Positions 35,250-46,295 of a stretch of DNA of 64,000 bases are shown here, in pieces. The translations under genes were made by a program, and so were the position numbers. The stretch's first letter is position 1, and every line of letters begins with the position of its first letter. The notes beneath the pieces are model-generated. The model was not told where the DNA came from. It ran no database searches and was given only the letters and a program-made list of their open reading frames with translations. This stretch comes from Parcubacteria group bacterium Gr01-1014_3 (GTDB lineage Bacteria > Patescibacteriota > Minisyncoccia > UBA6257 > WO2-44-18): NCBI GenBank assembly GCA_007376445.1, contig VMGF01000001.1, positions 252,203 to 316,202 of the forward strand, given 5' to 3'.

Positions 35250-35939
35250 TTGAACATCACTGCTCTTCTGATCATTGTGGCCGCCTTACTATTGTTGGCG
35301 CTAATAGGTGGATGTGTAGCTACCCAGCCAAAGCTTCAACCGATATCTGATTTAAAATCAGCGCACGGTGTGGTCTTGCGTGGTCCGTTTAATCACCAAG
35401 ATGTTTTTGAGCTAGATAGGAATTTGATGGCTTTCCCGCCTTCGGTCATAAAATCTATTTCTTCCGTATCTTTGGTGTATTACGATTATCTTGGACCAAA
35501 TGAGGCTGGTCACTGCCATCACACGCGGGATATTTGTATTCTTTCGGGACACCTCATTGCTATATGGCACGAGGCAGGGCATGCCTATCATTTCTATCTC
35601 AGGATGATCAAAAGTCCTTTTGATCGGGAGTGGAATGAATTGTCTAAGGGCCTTTATGATCCCAACCGTTATTCTGGCGATCCAACTTACCCGAAGGACG
35701 GAATTTTGAGCGGGTACGGCAGCCGGACTCAGATGGAAGATGTGGCTGTGTATGTAGAAATGATTTACCATCGACTCAGGATGCCGGCTACCGACGATAT
35801 GCCACTTTTCAGTCGGCCAGAATTCAAGAAGGATTTTCGGTTTCGGGCTAAAGTAAATTTGCTTCGCAAGTACGGGTTTATCGGCGAAGGGGACTATAAG
35901 ACATTCTGTAAACTGGTCCGGCTTGACTCCGAAGATTAA
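35250..35939 (+). CDS. Zincin-like metallopeptidase lipoprotein
   Basis: Lipobox IGGC; HEAGH (HExxH); SGYG...EDVA third-ligand pattern. Confidence 0.65.
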   Translation: MNITALLIIVAALLLLALIGGCVATQPKLQPISDLKSAHGVVLRGPFNHQDVFELDRNLMAFPPSVIKSISSVSLVYYDYLGPNEAGHCHHTRDICILSGHLIAIWHEAGHAYHFYLRMIKSPFDREWNELSKGLYDPNRYSGDPTYPKDGILSGYGSRTQMEDVAVYVEMIYHRLRMPATDDMPLFSRPEFKKDFRFRAKVNLLRKYGFIGEGDYKTFCKLVRLDSED

Positions 35940-36010
35940 ACAATATATAATGAATCTATTAAAAGGTCGCTCTCGGGCGGCCTTTAAAAATAATTAAAAC
36001 AACTAAATAT

Positions 36011-37225
36011 ATGATGGACTTAAAAACATTAAAGCGGGCGATCGAACAGATTGCCGAAGAAAAAGGGATCGACGCGGCGAAAATCATGGAAGCTATCGAG
36101 GCTTCGATTGCCGCTGCCTATAAAAAAGAATACGAAAAGAAAGGCGAAGTTATTAAAGCTAAATTTGATCTTAAAACCGGTCAGTTAAAATTCTGGCAGG
36201 TGAAAACCGTGGTGGATGACACCACCGTCCGGATCGTGGAGGAGACCGTTGCCGAAGAAGGAGCCGAGCTACGCTCTGAGCCAGCGCGGGAAGAAGTAGA
36301 AGAAGAGGGTCTTCTGCCTCGTTATAATCCTGATCGTCATATGTTTATGGATGAGGCCAAAAAAGAAAAGAAAGACGCCAAGGTTGGCGATGAATTGGAG
36401 TTTCCGCTGGAAACCCGGGAGGACTTCAGTCGCATTGCCGCTCAAACCGCCAAGCAGGTAATTCTTCAGCGTTTGCGCGAAGCGGAGCGTGATTCGATTG
36501 TGCGCGAATTCCAGAATCGCGAGGGCGAGATTGTCAGTGGCGTGGTTCAGCGCTTTGATCGCGGAAATATTTACATTGATCTAGGCCGGGCTACCGGAAT
36601 TTTATTCGGCAATGAAACTATTCCAGGCGAACACTATCGCCAGGGAGAGCGCCTGCGGTTTTTCGTGGTCGCGGTTCAGCCGGACGCGAAAGTTCCGGGA
36701 ATTATTTTGTCCCGCTCTCATCCGAAATTCGTAAACAAACTTTTTGCCCTGGAAGTTCCGGAAATCAATGATGGTGTCGTGGAAATTAAAGCGATCGCTC
36801 GTGAGCCGGGGAGCCGAACTAAGGTGGCTGTGATCTCCAACGCCGATGGCGTGGACCCGGTGGGTAGCATGGTTGGTCAGCGCGGAACTCGCGTCATGGC
36901 CGTCAGCAATGAACTTGGCCAGGAAAAGTTGGATATCATGGAATGGTCTGAAGATCCGGCGAAATTTATTTCTAATTCTTTGTCTCCGGCAAAAGTTACC
37001 AATGTGGAAATTTTACCGAAGCGTGAAGCCCGGGTTTATGTACCGGAAGACCAGTTGAGTCTGGCGATTGGCAAAGGCGGACAGAATGTGCGCTTGGCCG
37101 CCAAGCTGACTGGCTGGAAGATCGATGTACGATCCCAAGCCAAGCCGGAAGAAGTTCTGGCCGGCGGTGTCGCCGAATCTTTGGAGAAAGAGGGCGAGAC
37201 TAAGAAAGAAAAGAAAGACGAATAG
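36011..37225 (+). CDS. nusA: Transcription factor NusA
   Basis: [43 protein letters not shown]. Confidence 0.96.
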   Translation: MMDLKTLKRAIEQIAEEKGIDAAKIMEAIEASIAAAYKKEYEKKGEVIKAKFDLKTGQLKFWQVKTVVDDTTVRIVEETVAEEGAELRSEPAREEVEEEGLLPRYNPDRHMFMDEAKKEKKDAKVGDELEFPLETREDFSRIAAQTAKQVILQRLREAERDSIVREFQNREGEIVSGVVQRFDRGNIYIDLGRATGILFGNETIPGEHYRQGERLRFFVVAVQPDAKVPGIILSRSHPKFVNKLFALEVPEINDGVVEIKAIAREPGSRTKVAVISNADGVDPVGSMVGQRGTRVMAVSNELGQEKLDIMEWSEDPAKFISNSLSPAKVTNVEILPKREARVYVPEDQLSLAIGKGGQNVRLAAKLTGWKIDVRSQAKPEEVLAGGVAESLEKEGETKKEKKDE

Positions 37226-37289
37226 TTCGGCCACCGCCACGGCGGGGCAGGCGGGCTCACTATAAATAAAAATAAATTAAAATAACTCT

Positions 37290-39254
37290 ATGAATCTTTA
37301 TTATTTAATCTTCGCTCCGGTAGCTATCGCGATAGTTTATAGCGTTTACATCATGCTTTGGCTGAAGAAGCAGCCGAACGGCAATGAAAAAATGCAGGAG
37401 ATTTCTAAAGCGATCCGGGAAGGTTCGGATGCTTTTTTGCGCCGCCAATATATTTCTGTGGCGTTGGTGGCTCTGCCAATCCTATTAATTATGTATTTCA
37501 CTCTCGGCGCCACCATGGCGTTGGGATTTTTAGTGGGAGCTTCCGCTTCGGCTCTCGCCGGATTTATCGGTATGAAGGTCGCGGTCCGTTCTAACTCGAA
37601 GAGCGCCGAGGCCGCTTCTCGAGGCTTAGGAGCTTCACTCACGCTCGCTTTCAAAGCCGGTTCGGTAACTGGTTATCTGGTGGTGGCTCTCGGTTTGTTA
37701 TCAGTCGCGGGATTTTATTTCATGACTGGCGATGTGAAATCGCTGATCGGTCTTGGCTTTGGCGCCAGCTTGATCTCGGTCTTCGCCCGCTTGGGCGGCG
37801 GTATTTTTACCAAGGCCGCGGATGTTGGTACGGATTTGGTGGGTAAAGTGGAGGCGGGTATTCCGGAGGACGATCCCAGGAATCCTGGTGTAATCGCGGA
37901 TAACGTGGGAGACAATGTCGGCGACTGCGCTGGCATGGCCGCCGATCTTTTTGAAACGTACGCGGTCACGCTGACGGCGGCGATGCTTTTGGGCGCGCTG
38001 ACCTTAACTGGCGGCCAGCTGGCTTTTCCATTAGTACTTGGCGGTCTCGCGATCATCGCTTCAATCGTGGGCGGCTGGTTTGTCCGTATCGGAAAATCTC
38101 AGGCTATCATGGGCGCTTTGTACAAAGGCCTGATCGCGTCTTTAGTGATCTCACTTGGGTTATTTTATTGGGCTTCCAAAGTTTATTTCCCGGAAAATTA
38201 TTGGAATATTTTCGGCGCGGCCGTTATCGGTTTAGTAGTTACCGCCTTGATGGTTATAGTAACTGACTATTACACCGCGAAAAATTTCCGCCCGGTTAAA
38301 ACTATCGCTGAAGCTTCTCGTTCCGGCCATGGCACGAACATCATCATGGGTCTTTCGGTCGGAATGGAGTCCACCGCGCTTCCTATATTAGTAATAGTGG
38401 CCGGTATGCTTGGCGCTTACGCTTTGGCCGGAGTTTATGGCATCGCCATCGCGGCGGTAGGCATGCTTTCAGTCGCGGGTATCGTGGTGGCGATTGATTC
38501 TTTCGGTCCGATCACGGATAACGCCGGCGGTATCGCGGAAATGAGCGGCGCTCCAGCCGAAGTCCGGAAAATTACCGACGCCTTGGATGCAGTGGGTAAC
38601 ACTACCAAAGCCGTTACGAAAGGTTACGCGATCGCTTCCGCTGGTTTGGCGGCCGTGGTTTTGTTCGCCGGTTATGTGGAAGAACTCCAGGCGTTGGCGA
38701 AGAATGTAGTTTTTGAACTTCAAAATCCATTGGTAGTGGTAGGACTTTTCTTAGGCGCGGCCGTGGTTTATCTTTTTGCTTCCATTGCTATGAAAGCCGT
38801 GGGTGATGCCGCGGGCGCGGTAGTTGAAGAAGTCCGCCGCCAGTTCCGGGAGATCCCGGGTATTATGGATGGCACTGGTAAGCCGGATTACAGCCGAGCC
38901 GTGGATATTGTTACGAAAGCGGCGCTTCGAAAGATGATCGTGCCGGCTTTGATCCCAATCGCTTCGGTTTTGCTGGTGGGTATGGTTTTAGGTCCGGAAG
39001 CGCTGGGTGGATTTTTGATGGGTACCATCGTGGCTGGTTTGTTCCTGGGAATTTCAATGACAACTGGTGGCGCCGCTTGGGATAACGCGAAGAAGTATAT
39101 AGAAGCCGCAGGCGCGAAAGGCACCGACTGGCACAAGGCAGCAGTCACCGGCGATATGGTGGGCGATCCTTATAAAGACACCGCCGGTCCGGCCATCAAT
39201 CCGTTGATCAAGGTGATAAATATTGTGGCCTTGCTATTGGTACCGTTCTTATAA
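37290..39254 (+). CDS. hppA: Membrane H+-translocating pyrophosphatase, probably K+-independent
   Basis: [37 protein letters not shown] (Lys variant), [16 protein letters not shown]. Confidence 0.92.
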   Translation: MNLYYLIFAPVAIAIVYSVYIMLWLKKQPNGNEKMQEISKAIREGSDAFLRRQYISVALVALPILLIMYFTLGATMALGFLVGASASALAGFIGMKVAVRSNSKSAEAASRGLGASLTLAFKAGSVTGYLVVALGLLSVAGFYFMTGDVKSLIGLGFGASLISVFARLGGGIFTKAADVGTDLVGKVEAGIPEDDPRNPGVIADNVGDNVGDCAGMAADLFETYAVTLTAAMLLGALTLTGGQLAFPLVLGGLAIIASIVGGWFVRIGKSQAIMGALYKGLIASLVISLGLFYWASKVYFPENYWNIFGAAVIGLVVTALMVIVTDYYTAKNFRPVKTIAEASRSGHGTNIIMGLSVGMESTALPILVIVAGMLGAYALAGVYGIAIAAVGMLSVAGIVVAIDSFGPITDNAGGIAEMSGAPAEVRKITDALDAVGNTTKAVTKGYAIASAGLAAVVLFAGYVEELQALAKNVVFELQNPLVVVGLFLGAAVVYLFASIAMKAVGDAAGAVVEEVRRQFREIPGIMDGTGKPDYSRAVDIVTKAALRKMIVPALIPIASVLLVGMVLGPEALGGFLMGTIVAGLFLGISMTTGGAAWDNAKKYIEAAGAKGTDWHKAAVTGDMVGDPYKDTAGPAINPLIKVINIVALLLVPFL

Positions 39255-39293
39255 AAGACACATATAGAGCTAAAACATACGAGGGGTCGTATA

Positions 39294-39322
39294 TTGACAA
39301 AGGGGTGATAGTACGCTATATT
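39294..39322 (+). promoter_or_regulatory. sigma70 promoter with no downstream ORF
   Basis: TTGACA-17 nt-TATATT. Confidence 0.55.
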
Positions 39323-39383
39323 TAGGACATCAAGACGAAGAAGGACCCGAAAGGTGTTGGTGCCTTAGGGGCCTTTTTCATTT

Positions 39384-39998
39384 TTAGGCTATATAAGTTT
39401 TTAAATTTTCTAGACAATCAAATGCTTCGCCACCTAATTCATTATATAAAGATGAGGCAAACTGTTTATTTGGGAAAAGTATTTTCTTAAACCTTTTCTT
39501 CGTTATAAGGTAACTAACCAGTTTCTTGTAATCGCCGTCCCCAGAAATTAAGACAACTTGATTAAAGTTTTGGTTGTCTATCAAATTTTTCATAACTTCA
39601 AAAACTAGATCAGCATCAACATTACCCTTCTTTTTTGATTTGGATTTATTGTGATGTTCTTTGAATACCAAAATAAAACCAGCCTTTTGTATCTCATTGT
39701 ACATATCCGCATTATTATCTTTTAGGTTTCCTAAAAGATAATATGCCTCAGAAACATTATAGTTTTCTTTCAGGTACACCCTCAGCTTGGCCAAATTTAC
39801 TTCCCATGCGTTTCCGCAATTACAATCCGCCAACTTTATTTCTTTTATAGAAATTTTGAGCCTAGCGGCACATTTATAACATTTAGTGGTTCCAAAATGC
39901 ATGTTCTGTCCGTCAACAAAAGCGAGATTTGGTTTATCGGATTTTTCCGAAAATACCTCGGCCTCTGTTTTTGTTGCCTGTTCTTGATATTTATCCAT
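39384..39998 (-). CDS. NYN domain (PIN-like) ribonuclease
   Basis: AFVDGQN, KGNVDADL, LISGDGDY, ASSL; low GC. Confidence 0.85.
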   Translation of the reverse strand: MDKYQEQATKTEAEVFSEKSDKPNLAFVDGQNMHFGTTKCYKCAARLKISIKEIKLADCNCGNAWEVNLAKLRVYLKENYNVSEAYYLLGNLKDNNADMYNEIQKAGFILVFKEHHNKSKSKKKGNVDADLVFEVMKNLIDNQNFNQVVLISGDGDYKKLVSYLITKKRFKKILFPNKQFASSLYNELGGEAFDCLENLKTYIA

Positions 39999-40126
39999 TT
40001 ATCAAAATTATGCGATAACCAATCTCAAGTATCAACCCCATTTACCTCTATGGGAGAGTCAGTTTTTTGATTGACGTCCGACGGTGAAAAGTTTATTATC
40101 TTTTAAGTTCTAAAAGGAGGTGACAG

Positions 40127-40330
40127 ATGATCGGTTGGCTGATCTTCGCCGTGGTGGTTATCGCGATCGTGGGATGGAGGGTAGTCAGCTTTTTTCGCAG
40201 TCGTAAGATTGAAAAAGCGAAACGAGAAAAAGAATTAGATCGCGCGTACGAAGAGTACTACTCTGATCCCGTGAACATTCAGTGGCAGAAGCAGGCACGC
40301 GAAGAGTTCTGGGCGATGATGCGTTGGTAA
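40127..40330 (+). CDS. Small single-TM protein
   Basis: SD aggaggt; N-terminal TM; promoter and terminator present. Confidence 0.65.
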   Translation: MIGWLIFAVVVIAIVGWRVVSFFRSRKIEKAKREKELDRAYEEYYSDPVNIQWQKQAREEFWAMMRW

Positions 40331-40467
40331 ATATATTTGGCCGCCTATTTAGGTGGCCATTTTAATTTAGCGAGATAGGATTGACTTTATAACGTAATCT
40401 GTTAAGATACGGTGAAATCTTGGCAATGCGCTGAGATAACAATCGTACCTTGAAAGGAGGAGTAGCA

Positions 40468-41088
40468 ATGCTCACGAACACAGGACGGACAATAACATTT
40501 CCTGAATTCTCCGGTATTCGGTGTTTGATGATGCCTTACATCCAGGGTCGGTCGGCGTCGATTCCCGACATCTACGCCCCGTATCGGGAGATCGTCGATT
40601 CGGTGTTTCTGCGAAAGGGCGACATCGGTTTCCTGACGATTGACGAGTCTCTTGCCACCGAAGGGAAGCCCCACCGAGGCCAGCGCGCACAATACGCCCG
40701 GGCATTGCACACAGAAGCAGGAAGGGATCCGAATAAAATCTACTACGGTTGGGGCGGAGGATGGGGCAAAGCACCACACCGCGTCACCCTCGACCGGGGT
40801 GTCCGGATCCTGCTCGCCAACAATCTCGACGAGAGCTGCGCCGTGTGGGATGGAGAACACGAGGACACGTCGCCTGACGGAGACATCGGACACGCGGCGG
40901 CCCAGTATCCGTATCGCGACGCCACGTTTCTCAGGGCCGGTGATGTCCACGAGATCGGCATCCTGACGCCACACGAAAGCTTGCCGGTGCCACGAGACTT
41001 CAACCGGCAGTTCTTGCGGATCATCTCGTCTGGAGTCCATGGGCGCGAGGAGTACTTCACTCGCAATCCTCTGGTGCCGTTCAATTAA
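40468..41088 (+). CDS. Cupin/2OG-Fe(II) oxygenase-like hypothetical protein, high GC
   Basis: HTE...PHES...RQFLR pattern; SD ggagg; terminator at ~41101-41135. Confidence 0.5.
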   Translation: MLTNTGRTITFPEFSGIRCLMMPYIQGRSASIPDIYAPYREIVDSVFLRKGDIGFLTIDESLATEGKPHRGQRAQYARALHTEAGRDPNKIYYGWGGGWGKAPHRVTLDRGVRILLANNLDESCAVWDGEHEDTSPDGDIGHAAAQYPYRDATFLRAGDVHEIGILTPHESLPVPRDFNRQFLRIISSGVHGREEYFTRNPLVPFN

Positions 41089-41207
41089 ACTGATAAGCTG
41101 ACCCGCCATCTCCTCTGGAGCTCTGGCGGGTTTTTATTCCTTGATTTTTATATAAAATATGCTAAGATATGGTCGTTCTTTGAATTTCCAATTCACTCCC
41201 TGGATTT

Positions 41208-41485
41208 GGAGGTGTAGCCACCTCCTTTCACATAAGCTCCCGGACGCGATGCGAGCTATTTTCTTACAGAACTAGGCTTGAGGGCGCAGGTAATAGAAAT
41301 CTATACCCAGCTCGAAAACGACGTTATGTAAGAAAATAGCCGCATCCCGAAGGGTTGTTGCTAAAATGTCAGCTCGCTTCAAAGATGAATCCTAGCAGTA
41401 GACCTCTACAGCTTCAGATTCACTTCTTCGCGATCTGAACATTTTAGCTAACAACGCGCCTGAGATTTATGTGAAAGGAGGTGGC
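41208..41485 (+). ncRNA. Highly structured 5' leader (cis-regulatory RNA candidate)
   Basis: Perfect 19-bp closing stem covering the SD; two internal ~100-nt hairpins; alternative hairpin at 41208-41225. Confidence 0.6.
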
Positions 41486-41487
41486 AG

Positions 41488-41949
41488 ATGGTCTTTGAAT
41501 TGCCCGTATTCCTCAGAAAGTCATTTTCGATGATGATCAGAGAGGCAAAATTCGACGACTACAATACCACCATCAACGCGCGTAACTTTCCGCTCCGGAA
41601 TAGAAATTACTGGAAGACTAAGCCTGATATCGTTTCCGTCGAACTTTTGACTTTCGGAAGAAGGGTTGATAACAACGAAATTCTGACCGCAGTCACGGCC
41701 AAGAATCTTAGATTTTCTACGCTGGTGGAGCTGCTGGCGCTTGCTAAGCACTTTCCCGAAGAATCGATCCGGCAGCCGATCGTGGCCATGGGCTCAGCGT
41801 GGCATGAGCGCAGTTATCTCGGCGGACCAGTCCTCCGATATTTCCCGTATCTTTATTCTTATGATCATAATAAGAAACGCGGTTTGGATCTATTTTGGCT
41901 CGAGACGGAATGGGATGAGAATTGGGCGTTTGCCTGTACCCGGTGTTAA
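41488..41949 (+). CDS. Hypothetical protein
   Basis: SD aggaggt; ELLAL..FP..PIVAMGS.W...R.L.L..W..W.F pattern. Confidence 0.7.
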   Translation: MVFELPVFLRKSFSMMIREAKFDDYNTTINARNFPLRNRNYWKTKPDIVSVELLTFGRRVDNNEILTAVTAKNLRFSTLVELLALAKHFPEESIRQPIVAMGSAWHERSYLGGPVLRYFPYLYSYDHNKKRGLDLFWLETEWDENWAFACTRC

Positions 41950-41999
41950 ACCGGGTTTTTTATTTGATTTTTATTTAAAATTTGCTATAATATATCGAA

Positions 42000-43247
42000 A
42001 TGAAATCATCGTTCAAAAAACTTCCGGGTTCGCAAATTGAGCTTGAAGTGGAGTTAGACCAAAAAGAATTCGAGCCTTACTGGAAAGAGGCGCATGAAAA
42101 AGCCTTTAAGTCAGTTGATATTAAAGGTTTTCGCCCTGGTGCCGCGCCAAAAGAACTGGCCGAGAAAGCCGTGGATCAGGAAAAGGTTTTTTCGGAAGCC
42201 GCCAATCGAGCGGTTAGGATCACCTTGGACGAAGTTGCCCAAGATAATAGCTGGACGATCATCGATGCTCCCAAGATCGAATTAACGGATGCTCAGCTTG
42301 GCTTGAAGTACAAAGGAACTCTTACTTTGTTCCCGGAAGTTAAATTGGGAAACTATAAAAAGATCGCCAAAAAAGTTTTTGGTGAGAAAAAAGAAGTTAA
42401 AGCTGAAGCCGCTGAAATAGATAAGACGATCGAGTGGGTTCGTAATTCACGCGCTAAGCAAACTTTAGTTAATCGCGCCGCTAAGGCAGGCGATCTGGTG
42501 GAGACTGATGTTGAAACGTTAATTGAGGGTAAGCCAGTGGAAGGCGCTCAACTGAAAGGCGATAAATTCATTCTCGGCGACAGCCGTCTGATGCCGGGTT
42601 TTGATAAGCAATTAGAAAATCATTCGGCCGGCGAGAAGCTGGAGTTTTCCATTACCGCTCCGGCAGATTATTGGCACAAGGAAATTCGCGGCAAGAAGGT
42701 GGATTTTAAAGTTAACTTAATTTCCGTCTTTGAACGTGAGCTTCCGGAGGTCAATGAAGAGTTCGTCAAAGGACTAGGAAAATTTACTTCCGTAGAAGAA
42801 TTGAAGAAGAGCATCGCCGATGGCTTGATTAAAGAAAAATCCGAAAAAGAAGGCGAGCGTTTGCGCATCAAGACGTTGGAGGAGATTATTAAGGACGCGG
42901 ACATGGATATCCCCGAAGTTATGATCGAGAAAACCCTCGAAGGAATGGTGGCCGACGCGCAGGCGATGATGAAAGCGCAGCGCTTGCCTGCCGATAGGCA
43001 GGGCCTGAAAGAAGAAGACGTCCGAAATTCATTGAAAGATCGCGCACGCAACAATGTAGCCACCAATTTAGTTATTTATAAGATCTCCGAAACGGAAAAT
43101 CTCAAGCCGACCGAAGAAGAGGTGCAGGCCGAGGTGGATATTTTGACCGGCCGCATGGAGCGGAGCGTGAATCCGAAGCAGTATTACAACTACGCTTTCG
43201 GTTTAGTGCAGAATAGGAAAGTCTTTGAGTTTTTAGCGAAGCAATAG
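42000..43247 (+). CDS. tig: Trigger factor
   Basis: IKGFRPGAAP; FKBP-like LMPGFDKQL; upstream of clpP. Confidence 0.93.
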   Translation: MKSSFKKLPGSQIELEVELDQKEFEPYWKEAHEKAFKSVDIKGFRPGAAPKELAEKAVDQEKVFSEAANRAVRITLDEVAQDNSWTIIDAPKIELTDAQLGLKYKGTLTLFPEVKLGNYKKIAKKVFGEKKEVKAEAAEIDKTIEWVRNSRAKQTLVNRAAKAGDLVETDVETLIEGKPVEGAQLKGDKFILGDSRLMPGFDKQLENHSAGEKLEFSITAPADYWHKEIRGKKVDFKVNLISVFERELPEVNEEFVKGLGKFTSVEELKKSIADGLIKEKSEKEGERLRIKTLEEIIKDADMDIPEVMIEKTLEGMVADAQAMMKAQRLPADRQGLKEEDVRNSLKDRARNNVATNLVIYKISETENLKPTEEEVQAEVDILTGRMERSVNPKQYYNYAFGLVQNRKVFEFLAKQ

Positions 43248-43316
43248 GAGTAATCGCGAATATACAAATAAAAAGGTAATATTACGAATAGGAAGACTAA
43301 TTGACTAAATAATCAT

Positions 43317-43928
43317 ATGACCAATAAACAAGAAGTTAGGAACGACTACCTGATCCCGACGGTTATCGAGAAGGTTGCCGGAGGTGAGCGGGCTTTTGAT
43401 ATTTATTCTCGCTTACTGAAGGAACGCATCATCTTTTTAACCGGTCCTATCAACGATGTAGTAGCCAACTTGGTTATCGCTCAATTACTTTTCCTGGAAC
43501 ACGAAGATCCGAAAAAGGATATTAAACTGTACATCAACAGCCCGGGTGGTTCAGTGACGGCTGGTATGGCGATCTATGACACGATGCAGTATGTAAAACC
43601 GGATGTTTCCACGATTTGCGTGGGAATGGCGGCTTCGATGGGCGCGGTATTGCTTGGTTCTGGCGCCAAGGGAAAGCGTGTGGCTTTGCCGAACGCGGAA
43701 ATCTTGCTTCACCAGGTAATGGGAGGCGTGGAAGGTCAGGCGAGCGAGATCGAGATCACCGCTAAGCAAATCATTAAGATGAAGGAGCGTTTGAATAATG
43801 TGCTTGCTAAAAATACCGGTCAGTCACTTTCTAAGATCGAAAAAGACACCGATCGCGACTTTTATATGACCGCGGCGGAAGCCAAGGAGTACGGGTTGAT
43901 CGACGAGATCATCAAAGGAAAGAAGTAG
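43317..43928 (+). CDS. clpP: ATP-dependent Clp protease proteolytic subunit
   Basis: [31 protein letters not shown]. Confidence 0.97.
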   Translation: MTNKQEVRNDYLIPTVIEKVAGGERAFDIYSRLLKERIIFLTGPINDVVANLVIAQLLFLEHEDPKKDIKLYINSPGGSVTAGMAIYDTMQYVKPDVSTICVGMAASMGAVLLGSGAKGKRVALPNAEILLHQVMGGVEGQASEIEITAKQIIKMKERLNNVLAKNTGQSLSKIEKDTDRDFYMTAAEAKEYGLIDEIIKGKK

Positions 43929-43932
43929 GTTC

Positions 43933-44077
43933 GAGCATCCTCTTTCCGGAAACAGAATAAAACGGCTCCAGCGGCCGTTTTTTCTTCGCCCTCGGCGCGC
44001 CGCTCCGGCTTAAGTCGGAGACCGATTATAGGAGAACAGCCGGCGCGCCTCCGGGATGTTCCGTAAAGAGGATACTC
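43933..44077. repeat. ~145-nt multi-hairpin element, copy B
   Basis: Homologous to 17153-17301 with covarying stems. Confidence 0.75.
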
Positions 44078-44185
44078 TCAACTCGGTGAATTAAATGTGG
44101 TAAAATTGACAAAATAGGGTATTTGTCTTAGAATACGACTAGCTAAATCGGGAATGGTCCCGATTGTTTACAGCTTCAAAGGAGG

Positions 44186-44992
44186 GTGAAGGTGGTTGAC
44201 CTTACTAGGGGCGGGGCGCTGACGCGATTTCTTGATGAATTTTCATTCCCTCAGATTCGGGGTTTAATGAAATTCTTGGCCTCCAGCAGTTCCGAAAATA
44301 ACGACAGGGCGTATTTTCAGCTAATGTCTGTGGGCTCCGATGCGCATTTCACTGAATCATTATCTCTGCCAAAAGTGTTCAGATCTTTTAGTCTCAGCTT
44401 TTGTCAGATCAGGCAGGATGGTCAGGTTAAAGAGTACATTACCGAAGAAGACTTTAATAAAGCGGCATCTATTATCAATTCTCTATTTGATACGAAAAAG
44501 ATAGCTTTATCAGAAGAGCCTAAGGGCAAAAGAAAAAATCCGGTTTGCGCGATTATCGCCGCTAAAGGCGGTAAATCCGATATCGTTGTTTGGAATCCTC
44601 TAACCGGAGAAGTAGTGATCTCCAATCATGCCTGGCGTCGATTCTTGGAGAGGTTTTATAAGATGACGCGCAAAGAGGCCAAGGCCAACAAATTTTCCGA
44701 AGATGAGCTCGTGAAACTTCAATCAAGCTTTCTCAAGGCCAAAAAGACCAATCTTTCTGAAAGAGTCGCCTTTGGCAGGTTGTTAAATAATGGCGTTAAG
44801 CCAGCGACCTATCTTTACAATCAGAAAGATAATCTGCGGTTTATCGTTATTGATCAAGGCGAGACAAAGCTACTTGTCACCGCTGAGGATCCCTATCATC
44901 GTGGCAAAAAGCCTATCGAGGCGCCTAGCGAGTGTGATTTACCTGATTACATGCAGCGTTATTTCGAAAAAAAGAAAGAGCTTGACTCATAA
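44186..44992 (+). CDS. Hypothetical protein
   Basis: SD ggagg; promoter TTGACA..TAGAAT; ISNHAWRRFLER motif (DUF4258/RelE-like, weak). Confidence 0.55.
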   Translation: MKVVDLTRGGALTRFLDEFSFPQIRGLMKFLASSSSENNDRAYFQLMSVGSDAHFTESLSLPKVFRSFSLSFCQIRQDGQVKEYITEEDFNKAASIINSLFDTKKIALSEEPKGKRKNPVCAIIAAKGGKSDIVVWNPLTGEVVISNHAWRRFLERFYKMTRKEAKANKFSEDELVKLQSSFLKAKKTNLSERVAFGRLLNNGVKPATYLYNQKDNLRFIVIDQGETKLLVTAEDPYHRGKKPIEAPSECDLPDYMQRYFEKKKELDS

Positions 44993-45170
44993 CAGCCCAC
45001 CTGGGCTGTTTTTTATTTTTCGTCAGGTTAAGTTAGAATATAGCTATGAATCCCACACATAACAAAGAGCGCTGTGGCGATTCGGTAGTGGTCGTAAATA
45101 ATAGAATTACTTATAAAAATAATTAACCAAGAACAAAGAGCGAATACATAAACTCTTTGTTATGTGTGGG

Positions 45171-46295
45171 ATGAACGATTCATTGCTTACTCGCGGAGTT
45201 GAAGAGGTGATTGTCAAAGACCATCTTGAGGCCGCGCTAAAATCCGGTAAGAAATTACGAGTGAAGTTTGGCATTGATCCGACCGCGCCAGATTTACATT
45301 TGGGGCACACAGTTCCGCTTCGTAAGCTTCGGCAATTTCAGGATGCCGGGCATACGGCGGTTTTAATAATCGGTGACTTTACCGCGATGATCGGAGATCC
45401 TACGGGTCGCTCCGAAGAGCGTATGCCGCTCTCCACAAAAGAGGTGAAGCAAAATATGAAAAAATATCTGAAACAGGCCGGAAAGATTTTGAACGTTAAG
45501 AAGGCGGAGGTCCACTATAATAGTAAATGGCTAAACAAAAGCCTAGACACAATCATAGAAATATCCAGGGTCGGGACAATCCAGCAAGTATTACATCGGG
45601 CAGATTTTAAAAAACGCATAGATGAAGGGAGCGACATCACCTTGCTTGAAGTTATGTACCCGCTGTTCCAGGGTTATGATTCAGTGAAAGTTGAAGCAGA
45701 TGTCGAAATAGGAGGAACCGATCAGAAATTCAATCTTTTGATGGGACGAAGAGTTCAGCGCCATTTCAAGATGCCAGAGCAAGACATGGTTACCGTGCCA
45801 TTATTAGAAGGCACTGATGGCAATCATAAAATGTCCAAGTCCAAGGGAAATTACATTGCTATCGATGAGGCTCCGGATGAAATGTTTGGAAAAATAATGA
45901 GAATACCCGATATTTTGATCGATAAGTATTACAATTTACTTACTGACGCGGATCGCTCAATTCAAGATCCCCTCAAAGCGAAATTAGAGCTCGCGAAAGT
46001 TCTTGTTACCATGTACCATGGCGAAAAATCAGCGACAAAGGCCCAGGAAGAATTTATAAAAATTCATTCGGAGCACGGAAAACCAACCGATAGACCTCGA
46101 TACACAAACTTAGCGGGAAAGTCCGTATTGGACGCGATAAGTGTGGCTGGGATAATTTCAAGTAGAAGCGAAGCTCGTCGTCTGATCGAGCAGGGCGCTG
46201 TCCGTATTAACGACAAGAAAGTTTCAGATCCTAACGAAATAATACCCCCGGGCGCTACCGTGCAAGTCGGCCCCCGCCGTTTTTTTGACACCTAA
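45171..46295 (+). CDS. tyrS: Tyrosine--tRNA ligase
   Basis: GIDPTAPDLHLGH, YPLFQGYDS, GGTDQKFN, KMSKS, C-terminal S4 domain. Confidence 0.96.
   Translation: MNDSLLTRGVEEVIVKDHLEAALKSGKKLRVKFGIDPTAPDLHLGHTVPLRKLRQFQDAGHTAVLIIGDFTAMIGDPTGRSEERMPLSTKEVKQNMKKYLKQAGKILNVKKAEVHYNSKWLNKSLDTIIEISRVGTIQQVLHRADFKKRIDEGSDITLLEVMYPLFQGYDSVKVEADVEIGGTDQKFNLLMGRRVQRHFKMPEQDMVTVPLLEGTDGNHKMSKSKGNYIAIDEAPDEMFGKIMRIPDILIDKYYNLLTDADRSIQDPLKAKLELAKVLVTMYHGEKSATKAQEEFIKIHSEHGKPTDRPRYTNLAGKSVLDAISVAGIISSRSEARRLIEQGAVRINDKKVSDPNEIIPPGATVQVGPRRFFDT

Noticed and set aside
40402-41109. 235-aa minus-strand ORF and other overlaps on the oxygenase-like gene
   Set aside because: High-GC shadow frames; only the + ORF has an SD and terminator.
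45000-45170. T-box or attenuator upstream of tyrS (also checked upstream of valS and thrA)
   Set aside because: No T-box consensus and no Thr/Ile-rich leader peptide seen.
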